From contig CAVTYE010000002.1 in assembly GCA_963738925.1 (NCBI GenBank), positions 526,157-590,156 of the forward strand: 64,000 nucleotides of DNA, given 5' to 3'. The DNA comes from an uncultured Chloroflexia bacterium. Lineage in GTDB: Bacteria; Chloroflexota; Dehalococcoidia; SM23-28-2; RBG-16-64-32. The number at the start of each line of letters is the position of its first letter. Position 1 is the first letter of the stretch. The translations under genes and the position numbers were made by a program. Below, one piece after another: positions 57,558-64,000 of this stretch. The notes under the pieces are model-generated. The model saw only the letters and a program-made list of their open reading frames with translations, had not been told where the DNA came from and ran no database searches.

Positions 57558-59135
57558 ATGAAGATTCTTGTCTGCGACCCCATCGCCGAAGACGGCCTCG
57601 AAATTCTCCGAAAGGCGGGAGTAGACGTTGACATAAAGACAGGCATGACGCCGGCCGAGCTGAAGAAGGCGGTCAACGGCTACGACGCGCTCATCGTCCG
57701 CAGCGAGTCCAAGATCACGCGCGAGGTCCTGGAATCCGCCGCTCACCTGCAGGTCGTGGGGCGCGCAGGCGTCGGCGTCGACAACATCGATGTCGGTGCG
57801 GCGACAGAGAAGGGCGTCGTCGTCGTCAACGCGCCGACCGGGAACACCATTTCGGCGGCTGAGCACGCCATCGCCCTGATGATGTCGCTGGCGCGGCGGA
57901 TCCCGGACGCCAACGCTTCGCTGAAGTCGGGGAAGTGGGAGCGCGGCAAGTTCCTGGGCATGGAGGTGCGCGACAAGACGCTCGGCGTCATCGGCCTCGG
58001 CCAGGTCGGCTCCGAAGTCGCCCGCCGCGCGCGCGGCCTGGAGATGAAGGTGCTGGCCTTCGATCCGTTCGTGCCGGAGGAACGCGCCCGCATGCTCGGC
58101 GTGGACCTGGTGACGATGGACGAGCTGCTCGCCCAGTCCGACTTCATCAGCGTCCACACGACCCTCTCCGAAGGCACGAAGAAGCTGATCGGCGCGGAGG
58201 AGATCGCCAAGACGAAGCCCAGCGTCCGCTTCATCAACACGGCGCGCGGCGGCATCATCGACGAAGCGGCACTGGTCGAGGCGATAACCTCAGGCCGGAT
58301 TGCCGGGGCGGCGATCGACGTCTTCGAAAAGGAGCCGATCACCGATCACCCGCTGTTCGGGCTGGACGGCGTCGTCGTCACACCTCACCTGGGCGCGTCC
58401 ACTGCCGAGGCGCAGGAGCGGGTCGCTGTCGACGTCGCCCACCAGATCGTCGCCGTGCTCAACGGCGAGCCGGCACGCTGGGCCGTCAACGCCCCCATGA
58501 TCGACCCGGAGACCTACGCCGCCCTGGGCCCCTACGTCCCGGTGGCGCAGAAGGTCGGCTCGCTAGCCATGCAGCTGCACAAGGGCCAGATGAACGAAGT
58601 CGAGATCGACTACGCCGGGGACATCGCCCACAGCGACGTGACGCCGCTGCGCGCCGCCGTCATCAGCGGGCTACTCGCCAAGATCACCCTGGAGCACGTC
58701 AACGTCGTCAACGTCGACCTTGTGGCCGAGCGCCGCGGCATGCAGGTCAAGCAGGTGCACAGCCCCGGCCACGAGATCTACTCCAACCTGATCTCAGTGC
58801 GGCTGCGGGGCAAGGAGGGCCAGACGTCGGTCTCCGGCACGATCGCCCCGGACGGCCCCCACATCGTCTCGATCGATGACATCTGGGTCGATGTCCCGCC
58901 CAGCGAAGGCTACCTGCTCCTCTGCGAGAACAAGGACCGCCCCGGCATGGTCGGCGCGGTCGGGATGCTGATGGGCGAGTTCGGGATCAACATCAGCTAC
59001 ATGAACGTCGGCAGCCACCCCAAGACCGGCAACGCCCTGATGGTACTGGCGCTGGACCAGCCGCTTTCGGCGGAGCAGATCGCGCGCGTCCCGGAGGTCC
59101 CCGGCATCATCAGCGTCCGCCAGGCCCAGCTCTGA
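57558..59135 (+). CDS. serA: D-3-phosphoglycerate dehydrogenase (long form with ASB and ACT domains)
   Basis: MKILVCDPIAEDG, GRAGVGVDNID, GLGQVGSEVARR (the NAD motif) and a C-terminal ACT domain are present. ATG 57558 has a GGAGAG SD 4 nt upstream. Confidence 0.92.
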   Translation: MKILVCDPIAEDGLEILRKAGVDVDIKTGMTPAELKKAVNGYDALIVRSESKITREVLESAAHLQVVGRAGVGVDNIDVGAATEKGVVVVNAPTGNTISAAEHAIALMMSLARRIPDANASLKSGKWERGKFLGMEVRDKTLGVIGLGQVGSEVARRARGLEMKVLAFDPFVPEERARMLGVDLVTMDELLAQSDFISVHTTLSEGTKKLIGAEEIAKTKPSVRFINTARGGIIDEAALVEAITSGRIAGAAIDVFEKEPITDHPLFGLDGVVVTPHLGASTAEAQERVAVDVAHQIVAVLNGEPARWAVNAPMIDPETYAALGPYVPVAQKVGSLAMQLHKGQMNEVEIDYAGDIAHSDVTPLRAAVISGLLAKITLEHVNVVNVDLVAERRGMQVKQVHSPGHEIYSNLISVRLRGKEGQTSVSGTIAPDGPHIVSIDDIWVDVPPSEGYLLLCENKDRPGMVGAVGMLMGEFGINISYMNVGSHPKTGNALMVLALDQPLSAEQIARVPEVPGIISVRQAQL

Positions 59136-59141
59136 CCGCGG

Positions 59142-60425
59142 TCAGTCCTCCAGCAGGTTGAAGACGAGCCCCGCCGGCGCCTTCGGGTAGAAGAACGTGG
59201 ACTTCTGGGGCATCCGGTCGCCGGCATCGGCCAGCTCCAGGACGCGCTCCACGGGCACCGGGTTCAGCAGCACCGCGTAGCGCGCGTCGCCGCTCCGTAC
59301 CTGCTCCACGGCCTGCCGCGCGTCTTCCGTGAACCAGAGGACGGACTGGTCCTTCGTCTGCTCCTCCGAGAGCTCGATGCTGTGGCGCATGACGACCCAG
59401 TCGCAGATCGCGTAGTCTAGCGCGCGCCAGGCCGGGCTGCGGTCCTGTGGCAGCAGGTGGTCGATGACGTGCGTCTCTTTCGGGGTCAGGACAAACAGTG
59501 TGTCGGCGTCCTTCGCCGCAAAGCCGATCTCGCTGACATGGCGCGAGGCCAGCTCCACCGTCAGCGCGGCGGCGTCCCCGGCGAACGGCTCGACCTCGAA
59601 GAACGCTTCCAGGCGTGAGCGAACCTCGGCCCAGGGGGCGTCCGACGATGTCACCCGGTGCGTGGGCAGCACCAGCAGCCCCGGGTCGTCCGAGGCGACC
59701 AGGCCAACGAGCGCGAAGTTTTCGGGCTCGCCGCCAGTCCAGTCCGCGGCTTTCGCGCGAGCTTCTTCCCGGTACATCAGCGCCGTCTCGTAGCGGTGGT
59801 GCCCGTCAGCGACGTAAAGCGTGCGTTCGGCGAAGGCCCGCTCCAGCTCTTCGATGACGGCCGGCTCCGTGATCCGGGTCAGGCGGAGGTGCTGCCCATC
59901 GGGAGCGTCAAAGTCGGCCACCGGCAGCTCGTCGCGCTCGCCCTGGTCCAGCAGATCGTGGATGTGGCCGCCGTGGTCGCGGTAGAAGAGGAAGATCGGG
60001 CTGCCGTTGACGTGAGCGGCCCGCATCAGTTGCAGCCGGTCCTCCTTGTGCTTGCCGAAGGTCTGCTCGTGGGGCAGCACCGCGCCGTCCTCCCACGGCA
60101 CCACGCGCAGCCGCGCGAACAGCAGCGTGCGCGTGTAGGAGCGCTTGTCGTAGGAGAAGGTCTGTTGCAGCAGGTAGAAGGCCGGGAGCGTGTCGCGGTG
60201 CAGCGTCCCGTCGGCAATCCACGCCCGCAGGGTCTTCGCGGCGTTTTCGTAGCGGCTGCCGTCTTCCGCCTTCGCCAGCTCAATGCGCACGGCGTTGTAG
60301 GGCGACCGCTCGTACAGCTCGTCCTGCAGCCGCGGCGGGATCGTGTCGAACGGCGGACAGACGACCGCCGCCAGGTCCAACTCGGGGTTGTAGCGGACAG
60401 CGCGAAAGGGAAGAACGTCTGCCAT
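59142..60425 (-). CDS. DUF1015-domain protein
   Basis: The N-terminus MADVLPFRAVRYNP and the 427-aa length are typical of the DUF1015 family, which is often found next to serA. Confidence 0.8.
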   Translation of the reverse strand: MADVLPFRAVRYNPELDLAAVVCPPFDTIPPRLQDELYERSPYNAVRIELAKAEDGSRYENAAKTLRAWIADGTLHRDTLPAFYLLQQTFSYDKRSYTRTLLFARLRVVPWEDGAVLPHEQTFGKHKEDRLQLMRAAHVNGSPIFLFYRDHGGHIHDLLDQGERDELPVADFDAPDGQHLRLTRITEPAVIEELERAFAERTLYVADGHHRYETALMYREEARAKAADWTGGEPENFALVGLVASDDPGLLVLPTHRVTSSDAPWAEVRSRLEAFFEVEPFAGDAAALTVELASRHVSEIGFAAKDADTLFVLTPKETHVIDHLLPQDRSPAWRALDYAICDWVVMRHSIELSEEQTKDQSVLWFTEDARQAVEQVRSGDARYAVLLNPVPVERVLELADAGDRMPQKSTFFYPKAPAGLVFNLLED

Positions 60426-60507
60426 GCCTCAAGCGTCGCGGACGGTAAGCCGAGGGTCAAGTCGTGCCGCTCTCGCACCTGACATCCGGTACCGGTATCT
60501 TGGACGC

Positions 60508-60831
60508 GTGCAACGATACTGCGTGTTTTGCGAGATTATCGCCAGGCGCGAGCCGGCCGAGATCCTCTTTGAAGACGACGAGGTGATCGTGTTTCGCAAC
60601 CGTCTGCGCTGGGTGCCGGTGATGCTGCTCTCCGTCCCGAAGCGACACATGACCCAGGCCGAGCTCTGGCAGAACCTCGGCCGCGTCGGGGAGATGGCGG
60701 TGCGAATGGGCCAGGAGCACTGTCCGGGCGGCTTCCGGCTGCTCTCCAACTTCGGGCCGGACGCGATGCAGAGCCAGGACCACGCGCACGTGCACGTGAT
60801 CGGCGGAATCTTCCTCGGAGAGTACGCTTAG
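60508..60831 (+). CDS. HIT-family protein
   Basis: It has CVFCEII at the N-terminus and the histidine triad HAHVHVIGG. I chose the start at GTG 60508; the ORF track starts at 60424. Confidence 0.85.
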   Translation: MQRYCVFCEIIARREPAEILFEDDEVIVFRNRLRWVPVMLLSVPKRHMTQAELWQNLGRVGEMAVRMGQEHCPGGFRLLSNFGPDAMQSQDHAHVHVIGGIFLGEYA

Positions 60832-61571
60832 GCCGGCACCGGGGCCTTGATGCCGATCCCCTCCAGCGCCGCGCGCTGAGCCGCGAACAGCTCGCGCAGA
60901 CCCTGGTCGCAGAGGTCCAGCAGCTCGTTCATCTGGTCTCGCGTGAAGGGGTGGCTTTCGCCCGTGCCCTGCACCTCCACCAGCTCCCCGGCCTCCGTGC
61001 CGACGACGTTGAAGTCGAGCGCGGCGCGGTAATCTTCCTCGTACGGCAGGTCGAGCAGCGCTGTGCCGTCGATGACGCCGGCGCTGATCGCGGCCACAGC
61101 ACAGCGGACCGGGATCGCGGCGTAGGCGCCGCTGACCACCAGCGTATTCATCGCCTGCACCATGGCCACGTAGGCGCCGGTGATCGATGCCGTGCGGGTG
61201 CCACCGTCGGCCTTGATCACGTCGCAGTCAACGGTGTACGTCCGCTCACCGATCAGGTCCAGGCGCGCCACCGAACGCAGCGAGCGGCCAATCAGGCGCT
61301 GGATCTCGGCGGTGCGGCCGGAGGTGCTGCTCTTCTCGCGGGAGGTGCGCGTGTGGGTGGAGCGCGGGAGCATGCCGTACTCGGCGGTGACCCAGCCGTT
61401 GCCGGAGCCCATCGCGAAGCGGGGGATGCGGTCTTCCACGGTGACGGCGCAGAGCACGCTGGTGCCGCCCATCGTGATCAGGGCCGAGCCCTCGGCGTGC
61501 TCAAGGAAGCCGGGCTGGATCGTGACCGGGCGGATCTGCGGTGGGCGGCGGCCGTCGGCGCGGATCATCAC
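60828..61571 (-). CDS. rph: Ribonuclease PH
   Basis: RADGRRPPQIRPV, GWVTAEYGMLP, TGRTAEIQRLIGRSLR and DCDVIKADGGTRTASITG motifs; 247 aa. Confidence 0.94.
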   Translation of the reverse strand: MMIRADGRRPPQIRPVTIQPGFLEHAEGSALITMGGTSVLCAVTVEDRIPRFAMGSGNGWVTAEYGMLPRSTHTRTSREKSSTSGRTAEIQRLIGRSLRSVARLDLIGERTYTVDCDVIKADGGTRTASITGAYVAMVQAMNTLVVSGAYAAIPVRCAVAAISAGVIDGTALLDLPYEEDYRAALDFNVVGTEAGELVEVQGTGESHPFTRDQMNELLDLCDQGLRELFAAQRAALEGIGIKAPVPA

Positions 61572-62071
61572 GGCTCCAGCACAACCGGCACTTGCACGAC
61601 CTGCGTAGGCGTTATGCCATCCGCCTCGCTGACGTCGAAGACCCAGATACAGGCGGGCGTTTCCTCATCGACCATGAAGTACACATCCTCGCTGAACGGG
61701 GAAAGCGTCTGTCCTTCCTGGGAATGTCCGGGCCAGGTGACGATGTCCGCGCCGAGCTGGTTGCGGATCGAGATGTTGAACTGCGCCTCAAAGGCGGCGA
61801 TCATGCCCGAAATCGTCACCGGGCTCGTGACGTGCGCGCCGGGCAACGGGGCATCGACGACGGTCTGGTCAGACGTCGCCGGGTTCGGGTTGGGCGTGCA
61901 GACCGAATCGCTCGCCGAGGCCGTGGGCGAACCTGACTCTGTCGGGATGCTTGCGGTGCCCGTTGGCCCTCCCGACTGCGTCGCCGTCGAAGTAGCGTTA
62001 TCGTCATCGCCGCCGCAGGCCACGGCCAGGACCAGGCCCACCGCCAGCGCTGCCGTTATCAAGTATTTCAT
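61568..62071 (-). CDS. Gmad2 immunoglobulin-like domain lipoprotein
   Basis: It has the lipobox LAVACGG and a strong GAGGAGG SD before ATG 62071. The SPVTISGMIAAFEAQFNISIRN segment matches the Gmad2 domain pattern. Confidence 0.65.
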   Translation of the reverse strand: MKYLITAALAVGLVLAVACGGDDDNATSTATQSGGPTGTASIPTESGSPTASASDSVCTPNPNPATSDQTVVDAPLPGAHVTSPVTISGMIAAFEAQFNISIRNQLGADIVTWPGHSQEGQTLSPFSEDVYFMVDEETPACIWVFDVSEADGITPTQVVQVPVVLEP

Positions 62072-62079
62072 GATCCTCC

Positions 62080-62520
62080 TCACGTGGACGTCGGCGCCCC
62101 GCTGGGCTGCAGCACAATCGGAATCCGGATCGCGTCTGATGAATCGCCGTTAGTACGGTATACCAGCAGGCAGGCCAGTGTGCTCTCAAAGATACTAAAC
62201 GGTACCTGTTGGTCAAAAGGTGCGAGGCCGCCGCCTTTTGCCGTGTGTGCAGGGTAGTCGATGATGTGCCCGCCCTCGCCGCCGATAACGGAGATGTAGA
62301 AGAGACCATCCGGAGTGTTCACCTCACCGGAGACCACGAGCGGGCTCTGGACGCCTGCGTTCGGCTCCGGCAGGCTGACCTTTACGAAGTCCACGGCAGC
62401 TTCCGGCCCCTGGGTGCAGACGGCGGCCAGCGGCGACGGCACGATAAATCCGGAGCTGCCGCCGCACGCGGTCAGCCCAACGCCGATCAGGGCCATGGCC
62501 GAAGCGAAAACATAACGCAT
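62080..62520 (-). CDS. Gmad2-like lipoprotein (paralog of 61568..62071)
   Basis: I chose the start at ATG 62520 (MRYVFASAMALIGVGLTACGG lipobox). SPLVVSGEVNTPDGLFYISV resembles the Gmad2 pattern. Confidence 0.6.
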   Translation of the reverse strand: MRYVFASAMALIGVGLTACGGSSGFIVPSPLAAVCTQGPEAAVDFVKVSLPEPNAGVQSPLVVSGEVNTPDGLFYISVIGGEGGHIIDYPAHTAKGGGLAPFDQQVPFSIFESTLACLLVYRTNGDSSDAIRIPIVLQPSGAPTST

Positions 62521-62690
62521 CCCATTGAGGATAGCGGCTGCCCAACGCAGGCGCGAGCAACCCAGCCAGGAAGCGGTCTTAGCGCACGCTAGAATACAGA
62601 TTCTAGATTTTTTCTTGACACCGTCGAAACACATCGTTGTAGGATACGGCTAGACGTAACGGTCTTGAGGCTAACTAAGGAGGGGTCCAA

Positions 62691-64000
62691 ATGGCTAGCA
62701 GCGAGTACTGGGACAAGTTCTGGCGCAGGCGCGTCTCCCGGCGCGGTGTTTTGAAGGGGGCGGCGCTCAGCGCCTCTGGCCTTGCCGTTGCGGGCATCGT
62801 CGGCTGTGGCGGCGATGACGACAGCACTGGCTCCCCATCTGCAACGGCGACCGCGGTCCCCGTTGGCACCCCGGTCATGGGCGGCAAGTTCACCGGGCCG
62901 CTGGTGGGCACGTCTACCGGCACGCCGCCAAGCCTGGACGCACAACGCCAGACGACCTTCCTGGCCCAGATCCCCGCGGCTTACCACTACAACCGGCTGC
63001 TGAAGGTCGTTCCGCCGGAGCCGCAGCTGGTCAACGGTGTGCCGAGCATTCCGATCGACTTCTCGACGATCGAGGGCGACGCTTGCTCGAGCGTCCCGGA
63101 GATCGTCGACGAAGGCGTGACCTACAACTTCACGATTCGCGACAACCTGAAATTCCACGACGTGGCGCCGGTCAGCGGCCGCGACGTGACTGCCGACGAC
63201 GTGAAGGCCGCCCTGGATGCGTTTTCCACTGATTCGCCGAACCGCGGCAACTGGCTCGCCCAGGTTGCTTCCGTGACGGTCACCGGGACCAAGACGCTGA
63301 CCGTCACCCTGAACAAGCCCTTCGCGGCCGCTCTGCAGGTGCTCTTTGCCAACACCGACGGCGGTCCCTGGGTGATCCCGCCGGAAGTCCTTGAGAGCGA
63401 CGATATGTCCAACAACAAGCCGATCGGCGCCGGCCCGTTCATCTTCCAGAGCCTGACGCCGGACGAGTCGATCGTCTGGAAGAAGAACCCAGACTACTAC
63501 GACGCGCCGAAGCCGTACCTGGACACCATCGAGGCTACTCTTTCCGGCGACCAGGAAGTCATCCTGCAGAACCTGAAGGACGGCACCTTCGACTCGGCGC
63601 TCTGGACGGCATCGCTCTGGGACCGCGCCCGGAACGAGCTGCCCAATGCACAGTTCTTCACCGGTCCGGAGCAGGTCTGGGGCGGCGCGTACTTCAACTT
63701 CGCCAACGCCCCGTTCAACGACAAGCGGGTTCGCCAGGCGTTCTCCATGGCTGTCGACCGGCCGGGAGTGCTGGCCAACCTTGACCAGCCCGGAGCCGTC
63801 GGCGGGGGCTCCGGCCTGACCCACATCTCGCAGTTTGCCGACTACTGGATTGATCCGATCCAGGACGAATCGACCTTCGGGCCCAACGCGAAGTACTACA
63901 AGCAGGACATCGAAGGGGCCAAGGCGCTGCTGACCGAAGCCGGCTACCCGAACGGGCTCGACCTGATCGCGGTGACCTCCAGCGTTTACGGCCCGGGATA
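62691..64000 (+). CDS. ABC transporter substrate-binding protein (family 5, peptide/nickel type), Tat-signal lipoprotein; the 3' end lies outside the window
   Basis: An AAGGAGG SD precedes ATG 62691. My translation reads MASSEYWDKFWRRRVSRRGVLKGAALSASGLAVAGIVGCGG (twin-Arg plus lipobox), then SBP_bac_5-like segments (YNFTIRDNLKFHD, GAGPFIF, NPDYYD). It is absent from the ORF track because it has no stop in the window. Confidence 0.8.
   Translation, partial: MASSEYWDKFWRRRVSRRGVLKGAALSASGLAVAGIVGCGGDDDSTGSPSATATAVPVGTPVMGGKFTGPLVGTSTGTPPSLDAQRQTTFLAQIPAAYHYNRLLKVVPPEPQLVNGVPSIPIDFSTIEGDACSSVPEIVDEGVTYNFTIRDNLKFHDVAPVSGRDVTADDVKAALDAFSTDSPNRGNWLAQVASVTVTGTKTLTVTLNKPFAAALQVLFANTDGGPWVIPPEVLESDDMSNNKPIGAGPFIFQSLTPDESIVWKKNPDYYDAPKPYLDTIEATLSGDQEVILQNLKDGTFDSALWTASLWDRARNELPNAQFFTGPEQVWGGAYFNFANAPFNDKRVRQAFSMAVDRPGVLANLDQPGAVGGGSGLTHISQFADYWIDPIQDESTFGPNAKYYKQDIEGAKALLTEAGYPNGLDLIAVTSSVYGPG

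Overview
This is a high-GC (roughly 65%) bacterial chromosomal window made up mostly of core housekeeping genes. The gene content, the short EF-Ts and the T-box usage look Chloroflexota/Thermomicrobia-like, but that lineage call is inference only.

Gene layout:
- A plus-strand block carries rpsB-tsf-pyrH-frr-uppS-cdsA-dxr-rseP-ispG (7.2-15.6 kb).
- A long minus-strand block (15.6-32.4 kb) carries a Pro/Thr-linker surface protein, VOC paralogs, and a ThDP-enzyme / CoA-transferase / thioesterase / hydrolase / cupredoxin catabolic cluster. It also carries rhodanese, hisS and an FG-GAP/dockerin protein.
- After that come relA, a HAD hydrolase, a methyltransferase, lysS, greA, a GH18-like membrane protein, rsmD-coaD, a metallopeptidase-like protein, leuS and an MgtC-family gene.
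- The last stretch holds tRNA-Ala, CoA-transferase/TMEM175, an MFS transporter, rsmG, a CAP protein, a sortase, an ECF sigma/anti-sigma pair, a GreA paralog, serA, a DUF1015 protein, a HIT protein, rph, two Gmad2 lipoproteins and a partial ABC substrate-binding protein.

I found no CRISPR array, transposase, integrase, prophage or recognisable defence system, so I cannot claim a multi-gene novel system.

The most interesting signals are RNA-level or structural:
1. A canonical Leu-specifier T-box riboswitch whose first regulated gene is an MgtC-family membrane protein, followed by leuS.
2. Two diverged ~200-bp tandem RNA-like elements upstream of nadC. Each ends in a covarying hairpin plus a U-run.
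3. Tandem heptamer arrays abutting three gene starts.
4. Unusual architectures: a GreA paralog with an integrase-SAM-like N-domain next to sigma/anti-sigma, an HTH fused in frame to serA, and a cupredoxin inside a CoA-transferase operon.
5. Many single-nucleotide frame disruptions in conserved genes (greA, rsmD, rsmG, a P450, an MFS transporter, the PT-linker protein, the GH18-like gene). Some of them sit at homopolymer runs. They most likely reflect assembly indels rather than biology.

Coordinates of small hand-derived features may be off by 1-2 nt.
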